Both the position numbers and the translations under genes were made by a program. A stretch of 64,000 nt of DNA from Xanthobacteraceae bacterium. GTDB lineage: Bacteria; Pseudomonadota; Alphaproteobacteria; Rhizobiales; Xanthobacteraceae. The notes under the pieces were generated by a model. It was not told the DNA's origin, searched no databases, and was given only the letters and a program-made list of their open reading frames with translations. Position 1 is the first letter of the stretch. Each line of letters starts with the position of its first letter. Positions 54,644-64,000 of the stretch are shown here, one piece after another. The DNA is taken from assembly GCA_036511795.1 (NCBI GenBank), contig DATCBO010000073.1, positions 10,773 to 74,772 on the forward strand, given 5' to 3'.

Positions 54644-55423
54644 TTATTTCGGCAAAAAATCTTCCAGCAGCGCGACGAGAGGCTCGGGGCCTTGCGTCGG
54701 CATGAAGTGACCGGCCTCGATCAGCTCGAACCGTGCGCCGGGAATCTTTTTCGCAAGCTCGGCCGTACCAGCGTGCGGGCGCACAGTGTCATGGCGTCCA
54801 GCCACCACCATGGCGGGGCAGCGGATCTGCGGCAGCAAATGCAGCATATTGGTGCGCGCCAATGCGCGGAAGCCGAAACCGAAGCACACCGGATCGTTGG
54901 CAAGATAGCGGCCGAGATAAGCCTCGTAGGCGGCGCGATCGCCGAGGGATGGTGGGTACGAAATGGAAAGTGTGGTCGGCAGCGAGGCGCGCATGCCCTC
55001 GCGCGCCGCAAAGGCCGCGCGCTCGTCGAGCGCCGCCGCACGGCTTGGATCGACCCCGGGCGCCGGATTGCAGAGCACGAGCGCGCCGACCTGATCGGGA
55101 TGTTTTTCCAGAAAACGCAGCGCCTGAGTCGCCGCCGCGGCGACCGTGACGAAGCTATACGGCGGCGCCAGATTTAGTTGCGTCGCCAGCGCTTCGAAAT
55201 CGGCCACCAGGATGTCGTTGGTGAACTCGGTCCGCACCTTTTCCGAAAGGCCCGCGCCACGCTGGTCGTAACGCAGCACGCGATGGCGTCCGGCAAGGCG
55301 CGGCGCGACCGCATCCCACGAGTGCAAGGTGCCGCCCAGCTCGTGCATCAGTACCACGGATGGTCCGCGCGCGCCGGCAAGGTCGTAATGCAAACTCACG
55401 CCATTGGCGTCCATGAATGGCAC
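54644..55423 (-). CDS. Alpha/beta hydrolase (second PcaD-like paralogue)
   Basis: 259 aa; RVLRYDQRGAGLSE. The nucleophile-elbow position reads FVTVAAAAT, which appears degenerate. C-terminal EAGHFMP. Confidence 0.75.
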   Translation of the reverse strand: MPFMDANGVSLHYDLAGARGPSVVLMHELGGTLHSWDAVAPRLAGRHRVLRYDQRGAGLSEKVRTEFTNDILVADFEALATQLNLAPPYSFVTVAAAATQALRFLEKHPDQVGALVLCNPAPGVDPSRAAALDERAAFAAREGMRASLPTTLSISYPPSLGDRAAYEAYLGRYLANDPVCFGFGFRALARTNMLHLLPQIRCPAMVVAGRHDTVRPHAGTAELAKKIPGARFELIEAGHFMPTQGPEPLVALLEDFLPK

Positions 55424-55432
55424 AGTCTTCTC

Positions 55433-55876
55433 CTACCATTGCCAGCCGAACAGGTGGTCGAGCGAAAATGCGCCGCCGCCTTGGATCAGTACGTAGAACG
55501 TGGCGATGGTCCACATCAACGTATATTCGAGGCCGAGCTGGTTCCAAAAATACTTGCCGACACGCCAGCGTTCGACGTTGGCGACGAGGAGAAACAGTAG
55601 CACGACTGCGGCGACAGGGCGTGTGAACAGCCCTAACATCAGGAGCGGGCCGCCGATAAGTTGCGTCAGCGAAATCGCCGGCGCCCAAAATTGCCCCGGT
55701 CGATAGCCGCCATGGTCGAGCTGGACGGCGAGGTTCTTCAGGTTGAGCGCACGCACACCGGTATTGGGAAAAAAACCGAACGTGTTGCGTAAACCGTGTG
55801 GAATGAGTGCTAGCCCGACCCAGACGCGCAGCAACGCGTAGGCGAACGGCGAAACGGTTTGATACAAATCGGTCAA
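55433..55876 (-). CDS. DoxX family membrane protein
   Basis: 147 aa, 4 TM; LLRVWVGLALIPHGLRNTFG is typical of DoxX. Confidence 0.8.
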   Translation of the reverse strand: MTDLYQTVSPFAYALLRVWVGLALIPHGLRNTFGFFPNTGVRALNLKNLAVQLDHGGYRPGQFWAPAISLTQLIGGPLLMLGLFTRPVAAVVLLFLLVANVERWRVGKYFWNQLGLEYTLMWTIATFYVLIQGGGAFSLDHLFGWQW

Positions 55877-55883
55877 TTGCGGA

Positions 55884-56723
55884 TCAATGCGCCATCAGCA
55901 CGGGTAGCTTAGCGTTGGCGAGGATGTGGCGCGTGGCGCCGCCGAAAATCATCTGCCGCAGGCGGCTTTGCGTATACGCGCCCTTGACGATCAGGTCGCA
56001 GCCGAGCTCCTCGGCCTTGCTCAGCAGCACTTCGCCGGCGCCCCCTTTGCGCGACTTGAGCGTGATGGTCTCGGCGCTGACGCCGTTGACTTTGAGCGCG
56101 CGCGCCATCTGTTCGCCGCTTGGCCCCGCCACCGTTGCGCCTTCGACGGTCGCAATGGTGACGCGATCGGATTGGCGCAAGAACGGCATGGCGTCGGCCG
56201 TGGTGCGCGCCTGCTCGGTGCTGCAGTTCCAGGCGATCAGCACGTTCTTGCCGAGCGAGCGCGGCGCGGTCGGCGGTGCGATCAGCACCGGACGGCCGCT
56301 TTCGAACAGTGCGGATTCGAGCGTGATCATCGACGGGCTTTGCCATTCCGGCCCAGGGCGCGCCAGTACGATCATGTCAAAGACGCGCCCGTAGCTGCCG
56401 ACATAGTCGTGGCCGCTCGGCGCTTCCTTTTGCCAGGTCCAGGACAGCGATGCTTCGGCGTCGCCGGCGCGCTGCGGCACGCCATGCTGATCCATGAATG
56501 AGCGGAACACGTCCTCGGCATGGCGCGCGAGTTCCGCGTCGTTTTCCTTCACTGCCACCATGGTCAGGCCACTGTCGGGATCCATGGCCACCAGATCGGC
56601 GACGCCCGGCCGCAGCGGGAAGCCCTCGATGCAGGAGCCGAATTTCTGCGCCAACAGCAGTGCCGTCTCCAGCGCCGACTGCATCGACGCGTGAGGTTCG
56701 GTAGGTAGGAGTAAACTTTTCAT
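55884..56723 (-). CDS. Universal stress protein (tandem UspA domains)
   Basis: Start MKSLLLPTEP (ATG 56721-56723). The second domain ends in GCDLIVKGAYTQSRLRQMIFGGATRHILANAKLPVLMAH. Confidence 0.85.
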   Translation of the reverse strand: MKSLLLPTEPHASMQSALETALLLAQKFGSCIEGFPLRPGVADLVAMDPDSGLTMVAVKENDAELARHAEDVFRSFMDQHGVPQRAGDAEASLSWTWQKEAPSGHDYVGSYGRVFDMIVLARPGPEWQSPSMITLESALFESGRPVLIAPPTAPRSLGKNVLIAWNCSTEQARTTADAMPFLRQSDRVTIATVEGATVAGPSGEQMARALKVNGVSAETITLKSRKGGAGEVLLSKAEELGCDLIVKGAYTQSRLRQMIFGGATRHILANAKLPVLMAH

Positions 56724-56860
56724 GCGCGCGCCCCATGCCCTCGGTTCGACCGAGCCACGCTGAATTAAGTAGTGCGTCCCTCTGGGCCGGTCCTTCTTAG
56801 GGACTTGGCCACGCAATATTGCCGCGCCAAGGGATTCGGGACAAGCACCTTAAGTGCGGC

Positions 56861-58012
56861 TTACTGGGCGACGGTCCGCGCAACGGCCCTCACCAGCGCG
56901 ACCGGATCGGTAAATGCGGGCACGCCGAGCGCGCCCAATTGTTCAATCGCCGCCGTGGGGCTCATTTTGCGGGTCGCGGCGTGGCCGGCGGCAAGCCCGA
57001 CGAACAGCGGCTTCGGCAGTGGTTCGGCCTTAATCCACGCGGTGAGCGCGTCGATCCGCTCGGCGAGCGAGCGCGAAGCGATGACGGTCTGGAACACGAT
57101 TGCCTTAATGCCGGGACGTTTCGCGAGTGCGCGGGCGATTTTCAACCTTTCGTTCATGGTCTCATCCGGCGCCCCGCGCAGATTGTCCATGAAACTTGCA
57201 GCGCGCAGCCCGTGATCGGCCAAAAGGTCCATCATCATCATGGCGAGGCCGGCGCCCGAAGTGACGAGGACGACGTCGCCTGCGGTCTCGACCAGTTGAA
57301 AGCCGAGGTCGCGCGCGGCCCGCTCCTGCGCCGTCATGGCGCGTTCACCGAGCATGCGGCTGAGCGCGAATTCGCTCGGGTCGTGGCGGAATTCGGCCGC
57401 TTCGTCACGAATGAGCTTGGCGTCGCAGGCGATGAATCGTCCGTCTGTCGTGAGCGCCAGAGGATTGATTTCGAGAAGCTGCAAGTCCTCCTGGCGGGCG
57501 ATGTCCGGCAGGCGCGCGGCGTAACGGGCCAGCCGGGCCGCCAGAACGCGTGGGAACAATTCGGCTGCTGCGGCGAAGAGTTGCTCAGTCGCCGCCGGTG
57601 AACCGGGTTCGATGGCAACGCGCGCCAATTTCTTGGCCGACCGCTCGACGTCTTCGCCGCCTTCCGCCGCTAGCAGCAGTTCGAGCCGCTGGCGCGTCCC
57701 GTCGACACGGACGGCGACGAAAGTTTCGCGCGCCACCGGGACAGCCTCTTCGAGCAGCAGTGGGGTATCGGCGTCGTCGAGTGTCGCCAGGATCAGGCGC
57801 CGCGCCTCGCGGAAATCGGCAATGCCGTTCAGCCGCCGCACCAGGCCGGATTTGCCGCGGCCGCCTTCGAGCACCTGGGCTTTGAGAAAGAGCCCCGGCC
57901 AGGATGTCGCCCCGTCGGGGGGTTCCTCGCCGGCCCCCAGCAGCACCGCGCGCGGGACGGCGAGGCCGTGGCGGCGCAACAAGGCTTTTCCGTCATACTC
58001 GGCAAGTCGCAT
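56861..58012 (-). CDS. ATP-grasp protein, succinyl-CoA synthetase beta-subunit-like
   Basis: Start MRLAEYDGKALLRRHGLAVPRAVL (compare SucC MNIHEYQAK.LL..YG.PVP). LKAQVLEGGRGKSGLV; ligase-CoA-like C-terminal half. Confidence 0.75.
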   Translation of the reverse strand: MRLAEYDGKALLRRHGLAVPRAVLLGAGEEPPDGATSWPGLFLKAQVLEGGRGKSGLVRRLNGIADFREARRLILATLDDADTPLLLEEAVPVARETFVAVRVDGTRQRLELLLAAEGGEDVERSAKKLARVAIEPGSPAATEQLFAAAAELFPRVLAARLARYAARLPDIARQEDLQLLEINPLALTTDGRFIACDAKLIRDEAAEFRHDPSEFALSRMLGERAMTAQERAARDLGFQLVETAGDVVLVTSGAGLAMMMMDLLADHGLRAASFMDNLRGAPDETMNERLKIARALAKRPGIKAIVFQTVIASRSLAERIDALTAWIKAEPLPKPLFVGLAAGHAATRKMSPTAAIEQLGALGVPAFTDPVALVRAVARTVAQ

Positions 58013-58065
58013 AATATACTGCTTCCCCCGCGCCAGCCGGCGCAGCTTTCCCTGGAGCTTACCGC

Positions 58066-58944
58066 ATGTCCGGTGCCATGCACCTGCCGTTCCTTGCGCC
58101 TGAGGCATGGCGGGTCGCAGTGATCGGTCCGACCGGGCGTTATGCGCGCAACCAGGTGGCCGGCATGATCGAAGCCGGCACGCCGCTTGTCGGCGGCATC
58201 GCACTCGGGCGCGGCGGTGAAAAGATGGACGGGCTGCCGCTCTATGACCGGCTGTCCGATCTGTCGGAGCGGGCGAACATCGCGCTCATTTACACGCCCG
58301 CCGAAGGTGCGCGCGAGGCGATTGCAGTGTGTGCGGAGGCGCGGATCCCGACCATCATGGCGGCGGCCGAATACGTGCCCGTGCATGACGTACTCGCCGC
58401 GGCGGCCGTGGCCCGCGCCGCAGGATCATGGCTCATCGGCCCGAATACACTCGGCATCTATGTGCCGCAGCGCGGCCTCCTGGGATCAATCGCCCCGAGC
58501 TTTTGCAAATCCGGGCGCGTCGCGGTGATTGTGCGCAGCGGCACTGTTGCGCTGACCTTGGCGCGGCAATTGACCCTGGCTGGCATCGGCCAGAGCATCG
58601 TCGCTCATATCGGCGGCGACGCAGTCATCGGCCGCAATCCGCACGAATATTTGCTGGCGCTGGCCAGTGACGAGGCGACGGACGCGGTGCTGTATTGCGG
58701 CGAGATTGGTGGCGACAAGGAATATGCCTTCGCCGACGCCGCGCGCGGCTTTGGCAAGCCGATCGTCGCCATGGTGGTCGGCCGTCATGCGCCCGAGCAA
58801 AAGCAGATGGGCCATGCCGGCGCCCTGATCGGCTCGGCGCGCGAAGGGGCGGATGCCAAGCTTGCTGCGCTTGCCGCGGCCGGCTGCCGAATTGCGAAGG
58901 GACTGCAGGGGGCGGTGGAATTACTGTCCGACTATCGCGAGTAG
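58066..58944 (+). CDS. Succinyl-CoA synthetase alpha-subunit-like (CoA-binding + CoA-ligase domains)
   Basis: VAVIGPTGRYARNQVAGMIEAGTPLVGGIALGRGG...; phosphohistidine loop QMGHAGALIG. Divergent from the beta-like gene. Confidence 0.8.
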   Translation: MSGAMHLPFLAPEAWRVAVIGPTGRYARNQVAGMIEAGTPLVGGIALGRGGEKMDGLPLYDRLSDLSERANIALIYTPAEGAREAIAVCAEARIPTIMAAAEYVPVHDVLAAAAVARAAGSWLIGPNTLGIYVPQRGLLGSIAPSFCKSGRVAVIVRSGTVALTLARQLTLAGIGQSIVAHIGGDAVIGRNPHEYLLALASDEATDAVLYCGEIGGDKEYAFADAARGFGKPIVAMVVGRHAPEQKQMGHAGALIGSAREGADAKLAALAAAGCRIAKGLQGAVELLSDYRE

Positions 58945-59543
58945 TTCACCCGAGGCATTTCGAAGATGTTGTCGACCACAGTGTAGTCGCCGCGATAGCC
59001 GAGCCGGGCAAGCGCGTGAAGCTTCGACATGTCGATCATGCCGTCGACGATCACTGCATCGTCGATATGCACGTTGATGACCTCGCCGATGACGATTTCG
59101 TATTTTTGCTTCTTGCCGCTGGCGCTCGTGAGCGGCACCGTCTGCACGTAAAGGCATTCGAGTGCGATCGGCGAGCGTGCGACGCGTGGCGGCTTGACGA
59201 AGCGCGACGGCGCCATCGCGAGCTTTGCGAGCTCCGGCTCGCTCACCTCGTCGGGATAATCGCCGCCGGTGATGTTCATCTCCGTGCGTAGATCGTAGGT
59301 CGCGAGGTTGAAGACGAATTCGCCGCCGCTCTGGGCGTAGTTCTGCGAATGCTTGCGCGTATTCGAAGAAAACATGACGAACGGCGGCTGGCTGGCGACC
59401 AGATTGAAATAGCTGTAGGGCGCGAGATTGACCACGCCCGTGGGGCTGACGCTGGTGATCCAGCCGATGGGCCGCGGCACCACGAGCGACGTCGTGGGAT
59501 CATGGGCAAGGTTATGCGGCTCGCTGCGCGGGTCGTAGTCCAT
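58932..59543 (-). CDS. Flavin reductase family protein (FMN-binding split barrel)
   Basis: Start MDYDPRSEPHNL. VVPRPIGWITSVSPTGVVNLAPYSYFNLVASQPPFVMFSS is the flavin reductase-like domain signature. Confidence 0.85.
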   Translation of the reverse strand: MDYDPRSEPHNLAHDPTTSLVVPRPIGWITSVSPTGVVNLAPYSYFNLVASQPPFVMFSSNTRKHSQNYAQSGGEFVFNLATYDLRTEMNITGGDYPDEVSEPELAKLAMAPSRFVKPPRVARSPIALECLYVQTVPLTSASGKKQKYEIVIGEVINVHIDDAVIVDGMIDMSKLHALARLGYRGDYTVVDNIFEMPRVNYSR

Positions 59544-59661
59544 ATCGGGTCTTTCGCTGATGTTGATTGTGGTGGTTGAGACGTGGATCGCTTTGCGCGA
59601 TTGAGGCACAATGCTAGCGCCTCAACGGCGCCGACGCCATGAGGGTTTGCGGAGAACTCGC

Positions 59662-60282
59662 ATGAAACTGCACTGGTCGCCGCGTTCGCCGTTCGTGCGC
59701 AAGGTCATGATCGTCGCGCACGAGCGCGGCATCGTCTCGCGCCTTGAGTGCGTCCGCACTGTCGCGGCGAGCTCAAAGCCTCATGCCGAACTGATGAAGG
59801 ACAATCCGCTATCGAAAATTCCGACGCTGGTGCTCGACGACGGCACGGTGATTTACGACTCGCCGGTGATCAGCGAATACTTCGACTCGCTTGGCGAACT
59901 GGAGGACGCACCGAAGCTGTTTCCTGTCGATCCGAGGGTTCGGCTGGTCGCGCTGCGCCGGCAGGCGCTGGGCGACGGATTTTTGGATCTTCTCGTCCTG
60001 TTGCGCGATGAGCGGATGCGGACGCAGCCATCCGACGCGCATCTCGTGAGCGCGGCGGTGCGCAAGAGGGCGATCCTGGAGAGCCTGGAGCAGGAGGCGA
60101 CAGAGCTTGCTGCCGCTCCGTTTCGCATCGGCCATGTCGCCATCGGCTGCGCGCTGTCCTATCTCGACTTTCGTTACGCCGACGAGGATTGGCGCGAGGC
60201 TCATCCGCGTCTCGCGGCCTGGCACGCGACATTCGCGGCGCGGCCGTCGGTCCGCGCGACCGAGCCGGTGGATGACGCGTAG
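59662..60282 (+). CDS. Glutathione S-transferase
   Basis: ATG after GGAG. MKLHWSPRSPFVRKVMIVAHE...IPTLVLDDGTVIYDSPVISEYF is a thioredoxin-like GST N-domain. Confidence 0.85.
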   Translation: MKLHWSPRSPFVRKVMIVAHERGIVSRLECVRTVAASSKPHAELMKDNPLSKIPTLVLDDGTVIYDSPVISEYFDSLGELEDAPKLFPVDPRVRLVALRRQALGDGFLDLLVLLRDERMRTQPSDAHLVSAAVRKRAILESLEQEATELAAAPFRIGHVAIGCALSYLDFRYADEDWREAHPRLAAWHATFAARPSVRATEPVDDA

Positions 60283-60288
60283 GCGCGG

Positions 60289-61329
60289 TCAGCCCAGTGT
60301 CGGGTCGAGCACGATCTTTCCCTGGCCGCCGCTGTCTTCGATCATGCGATGCGCCTCGGCGGCGCGTGACAGTGGCAATATGCGGTCGATCTGCGGCATG
60401 ATCTTGCCTTCGGCGGCCGCTGCGAGGCAGTCCGGCAGATCGGATTCCGTAAAACCGGGGCGACCCTTGATGGTGATGCGCTTGTGGTAAAGATGTGAAA
60501 AATTGATCGACACATCCGGACCGGCGTGTGCGCCCGCGGTGACGAGGCGTCCATCCATCCCAATGCCCAGGAACGCGATCGGCAGCACCGACGGATTGGC
60601 GATGTTGTCGTACAGAACGTTGACGCCCTTGCCGCCCGTGATCTTCATGATCTCGTCGCGAATGTTGTGTGTGTTGTAATTGATGCCGTAATCGGCGCCG
60701 AGGTTGATGCCGAGTTTGACGCGCTCATCGGAGCCTGCCGCTGCGATGACGGTGGCGCCCACAACGTTCTTTGCGATCTGGATACCGATGGTGCCGAGAT
60801 TGCCGCCAGCGCCCATGATCAGCACAGTCTCGCCCTGCTTGAGCTCGGCAACGTGCATCAAGAGATTCCACGCCGTCGGCACGTGCCGCATGATGACCGC
60901 GGCGTGATGGAAATCGAGATGCTCGGGCACGGCCACCGCGGCGCAGGCCGGCACCGTAATCATCTCGGCAAAGCCGCCCTGCCGCTTGATACCCATCATG
61001 CCCTGGGGGCCGCTGTATCCACTGCCGTCCTCGGCGCAGATATTGAGCGGCATAACACCGGCGGCGGCGACGCGGTCGCCTGAGCGCCAGCGGCCGACCT
61101 GCGGGCCGACTGCATCGACGATGCCCGCGCAGTCGACTCCGGGAATAAGCGGCAGCACCGGACCCCGATATTGTTCGCGGCCGGCGCGCAGGCTGACGTC
61201 CAGCACCCGGTTGACGGTCGCGGCATGAACCCTAATTCGGATTTCGCCCTGGCGCGGCTCCGGGTCCGGCACGTCTTCGTAGCGCAGAACCTCGGGCGGG
61301 CCGTATTCGCGGAGCACGATCGCTTTCAT
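60289..61329 (-). CDS. Zinc-type MDR alcohol dehydrogenase / quinone oxidoreductase
   Basis: 346 aa; MKAIVLREYGPPEVLRYEDVPDPEP...; Rossmann motif VLIMGAGGNLG. Confidence 0.9.
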   Translation of the reverse strand: MKAIVLREYGPPEVLRYEDVPDPEPRQGEIRIRVHAATVNRVLDVSLRAGREQYRGPVLPLIPGVDCAGIVDAVGPQVGRWRSGDRVAAAGVMPLNICAEDGSGYSGPQGMMGIKRQGGFAEMITVPACAAVAVPEHLDFHHAAVIMRHVPTAWNLLMHVAELKQGETVLIMGAGGNLGTIGIQIAKNVVGATVIAAAGSDERVKLGINLGADYGINYNTHNIRDEIMKITGGKGVNVLYDNIANPSVLPIAFLGIGMDGRLVTAGAHAGPDVSINFSHLYHKRITIKGRPGFTESDLPDCLAAAAEGKIMPQIDRILPLSRAAEAHRMIEDSGGQGKIVLDPTLG

Positions 61330-61435
61330 TCTCGACCTTCAGCGGTGCAAGGAGGATGATCCACTAACCGGCAGCGGCTGGTCTGGCAATCTGGATCGTC
61401 CTATCGTCCAGCAAGCCGCAAGGGGAGGTGAGACA

Positions 61436-62050
61436 TTGGCCGATACCAGCCTAGCCGACAAAATTGCCTGTGCGGAGCTGATCCAGAACTGGGGCGTGTT
61501 CCGCGACCATGGTCGCTGGAAGGAGCTGCGGGCGACATTCACGCGCGACGGCCATATTTCGGTGTCCTGGTTTCGCGGCTCGTTCGAACAATTCGTCGAG
61601 CATTGCCGGGCGAACTACGGCGCCCGCGACAGCTGGTCCCGGCATCACTTGTTTCCGGCCGCCGTCAGGCTCGCCAGCGACCGCGCCGTAGCGGAAACAA
61701 GCGTTATCATTCGCGTCCGGCAGCTGTTTAACGGCATTGCGGTCGATCTGACCTCATGCTCACGCTTTCTCGACCGGATCGAACGGCACGGCGAAAACTG
61801 GCTCATCGCCGAGCGTGCAGCGATCTACGAGCGCGATCGGCTCGATCCGGTCGAACCGTCGCCCGCCTTTGATACGCTGTTCAAGGACGCCAACACTGCG
61901 CAATACCCCGAGCAGTACCGCTACATGGCATTTCGCTTGGCGCATGCCCCGGGCCGCTCGCTGGCGTCGGTGATCTACCGCGACGGCGGCCCCGAGACGA
62001 CCGACCTTTATGCGCGATATGCCGAGTGGCTCGCCGGCAAGGTGGCTTGA
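61436..62050 (+). CDS. SnoaL/NTF2-like fold protein
   Basis: 204 aa, TTG start. KIACAELIQNWGVFRDHGRWKELRATFTRDGHISVSWF resembles SnoaL_4/NTF2-like proteins. The family assignment is tentative. Confidence 0.55.
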   Translation: MADTSLADKIACAELIQNWGVFRDHGRWKELRATFTRDGHISVSWFRGSFEQFVEHCRANYGARDSWSRHHLFPAAVRLASDRAVAETSVIIRVRQLFNGIAVDLTSCSRFLDRIERHGENWLIAERAAIYERDRLDPVEPSPAFDTLFKDANTAQYPEQYRYMAFRLAHAPGRSLASVIYRDGGPETTDLYARYAEWLAGKVA

Positions 62051-62110
62051 GGGCAAGCAACTTGACGGCGAGCCGCCGCGTGGGTTAGCCGCGACGCTCT
62101 GGAGAGCTTC

Positions 62111-63079
62111 ATGGCAGTCTATACCGATGTCGCGGCGGAGGACTTATCGCCCTTCCTCGCGCTCTATGACATCGGCGAATTGCTGTCCTACAAGGGCATC
62201 GCCGAAGGGGTCGAGAATTCGAACTTTCTCGTCCACACCAGCCTCGGTTATTTCATCCTCACGCTTTACGAGCGCCGCGTCGCCGAACGCGATCTGCCGT
62301 TTTTCCTGGCGCTGATGGAGCATCTGGCGGCCCGCGGCATCACCTGTCCGCAGCCGGTAAAGAACAAGTCCGGCAAGGTGTTGGGCAAGCTCACCGGCCG
62401 TTCGGCGGCACTCGTCACTTTCCTTGACGGCATGTGGATCAGGCGGCCGACGGCGGCGCATTGTGCCGCGCTCGGCGATGCGCTCGCGCACCTGCATCTT
62501 GCCGGTGCCGATTTCACCATGCGTCGCGACAACGCGCTGTCGGTCGGGGACTGGCGCCCGCTGTACGAAGGTTGCCGCGAGCGCGTCCATAAGGTCGAAC
62601 CCAACCTCGAAAAAGTCATCGGCGCCGAACTTGAAATGCTGGAGCGCGACTGGCCGCGTGGACTGCCTCAAGGCGTCATCCACGCCGATCTGTTTCCCGA
62701 CAACGTATTCTTTCTCGGCGACAAGTTATCCGGTCTGATCGATTTCTATTTTGCCTGCACCGACACCCTGGCTTACGACGTGGCGATCTGTCTCAATGCC
62801 TGGTGCTTCGAGCCTGACCATTCCTACAACGTCACCAAGGGCAGGGCGCTGCTGGCGAGCTACGCGAAGGCGCGGCCGTTGTCGCACGCGGAATGGGAGA
62901 AGCTGCCACTGTTGGCACGCGGCGCGGCCTTGCGCTTTCTTCTCACGCGGCTGGTCGATTGGCTCGATGTGCCGCCGGGCGCGCTGGTGCAGCCCAAAGA
63001 CCCGCGCGAATATGCGCGCAAATTGCGCTTCCACCAGAAGGTCGAAAGCGCGCGCGATTATGGATTGCCCGAGCCGTGA
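62111..63079 (+). CDS. thrB: Homoserine kinase (type II, APH fold)
   Basis: [43 protein letters not shown]...[29 protein letters not shown] is the typical alphaproteobacterial ThrB. Confidence 0.9.
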   Translation: MAVYTDVAAEDLSPFLALYDIGELLSYKGIAEGVENSNFLVHTSLGYFILTLYERRVAERDLPFFLALMEHLAARGITCPQPVKNKSGKVLGKLTGRSAALVTFLDGMWIRRPTAAHCAALGDALAHLHLAGADFTMRRDNALSVGDWRPLYEGCRERVHKVEPNLEKVIGAELEMLERDWPRGLPQGVIHADLFPDNVFFLGDKLSGLIDFYFACTDTLAYDVAICLNAWCFEPDHSYNVTKGRALLASYAKARPLSHAEWEKLPLLARGAALRFLLTRLVDWLDVPPGALVQPKDPREYARKLRFHQKVESARDYGLPEP

Positions 63080-63543
63080 ACGATTCGCTGCCGCATGTTG
63101 TCATTCACACCGATGGCGCCTGCTCGGGCAATCCCGGCCCCGGCGGCTGGGGCGCCATCTTGAGCTTCGGCGATCGTGAGAAGGAGCTGAAGGGCGGTGA
63201 GCCCCACACGACCAACAACCGCATGGAGCTGATGGCGGCGATTGCCGCCCTCGAGGCGCTCAAGCGGCCATGCCGCGTCGACGTACACACCGACAGTCAA
63301 TATCTACGCAACGGCATCCTGAGCTGGATCAATTCCTGGAAGCGCAACGGCTGGCGAACGTCGGACAAAAAGCCGGTCAAAAACGTCGACCTTTGGCAAC
63401 GCCTTGAAGCCGCGCTCGAACCGCATCAAGTCCACTGGCACTGGCTCAAGGGCCATGCGGGCCATGCCATCAACGAGCGCGCCGACGAACTCGCGCGAGC
63501 GGCAATTGCGGAAATCAGGGCGGGAAAGGCGGGCGGCGAATAG
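63076..63543 (+). CDS. rnhA: Ribonuclease HI
   Basis: The GTG start overlaps the thrB stop (GTGA). [22 protein letters not shown]...[18 protein letters not shown]...VHTDSQYL...[20 protein letters not shown]. Confidence 0.9.
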   Translation: MNDSLPHVVIHTDGACSGNPGPGGWGAILSFGDREKELKGGEPHTTNNRMELMAAIAALEALKRPCRVDVHTDSQYLRNGILSWINSWKRNGWRTSDKKPVKNVDLWQRLEAALEPHQVHWHWLKGHAGHAINERADELARAAIAEIRAGKAGGE

Positions 63544-63593
63544 TGAGCAGCCTCGTCGGTGCGGTCGCCGCGCGTGGCGTTGTTCGCGCACGC

Positions 63594-64000
63594 CTACGAC
63601 TTGAACGCCTTGAGCGAGAATGACAAAGGCAGCGTTGCGCGGTCCTGCGGCATGCAAAAAAATCCGATTCTTGCCGGCACCATCATCGAGAAGCGTTTCC
63701 AGGGCAGCACCTCGTGCTCGCGCAAGTATGCGAGCCATAGGCCTGCCTCAGTGATTGCACCGATGATATCGGACAACGGGTGTTCCCATTCGTGCCGCCG
63801 GGTGTGTTCAAGCCGCTGTTGCTCACCGCTGTATGTCGATTGAACCTCGGTAACGACTGGGCGATCGATCGGCGTTCGCCAGGAATAGAACGGGTGCAAT
63901 TGGCCGTCGAATTCCTTGAGCGTGGCAAAGGACGGGTGCTGCTCGACGAGATAGAGATACCCGCCCGGTGCCAACAAAGCGCCCACAACCTCGGCCCAGT
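63594..64000 (-). CDS. Class I SAM-dependent methyltransferase, C-terminal part (5' end beyond the window)
   Basis: The frame is open to the window end (...WAEVVGALLAPGGYLYLVEQHP...). The L.PGG.L.L.E pattern is typical of the post-motif-II region of Methyltransf_11/25 proteins. Confidence 0.55.
   Translation of the reverse strand, partial: WAEVVGALLAPGGYLYLVEQHPSFATLKEFDGQLHPFYSWRTPIDRPVVTEVQSTYSGEQQRLEHTRRHEWEHPLSDIIGAITEAGLWLAYLREHEVLPWKRFSMMVPARIGFFCMPQDRATLPLSFSLKAFKS

Overview
This is a high-GC alphaproteobacterial chromosome segment. By inference it is Bradyrhizobium/Nitrobacteraceae-like: many Bug/TctC solute-binding genes, characteristic GC-rich REP hairpins, and a thrB-rnhA pair. 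I support about 60 genes and found no rRNA, tRNA or CRISPR. Gene content in order: (1) 1-4.2 kb, a minus-strand MarR-MATE-MaoC-VOC-MFS run. (2) 4.3-11 kb, a minus-strand catabolic/uptake cluster with three Bug/TctC binding proteins, RidA, a ThDP enzyme and a Rieske oxygenase. (3) 11.5-21.1 kb, an OMF-MFP-RND-RND (MdtABC-like) efflux operon with low-complexity insertions. (4) 21.6-34.3 kb, mixed catabolic genes: Bug proteins, cytochrome c, an NtaA/DszA-type monooxygenase, a deacetylase, CtpA, and UbiD with a PBP-fold partner and a LysR regulator. (5) 34.3-40.7 kb, a visibly lower-GC stretch. (6) 41.5-64 kb, housekeeping and catabolic genes: cdh, an NitT/TauT-type ABC importer, fadD, a BBE-like FAD oxidase, a dihydroxyphthalate-decarboxylase-like/aldolase/bicupin trio, a broken CynX-like MFS gene, two PcaD-like hydrolases, DoxX, UspA, divergent SucC/SucD-like genes, a flavin reductase, GST, an MDR dehydrogenase, thrB and rnhA. 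The most interesting part is 36.55-40.69 kb. Two different IS1595-family elements sit 67 bp apart, and I could map their ends to the base (terminal inverted repeats plus flanking direct repeats). Both carry cargo inside their inverted repeats. The first carries a translationally coupled three-TM membrane protein. The second carries three small AT-rich ORFs, including a 180-aa all-helical protein with a HEPN-type R-x4-H motif; this is a candidate mobile toxin/abortive-infection-like module. Function is inference only. Next to it lies an unexplained, highly structured GC-rich non-coding stretch (40.69-41.06 kb).
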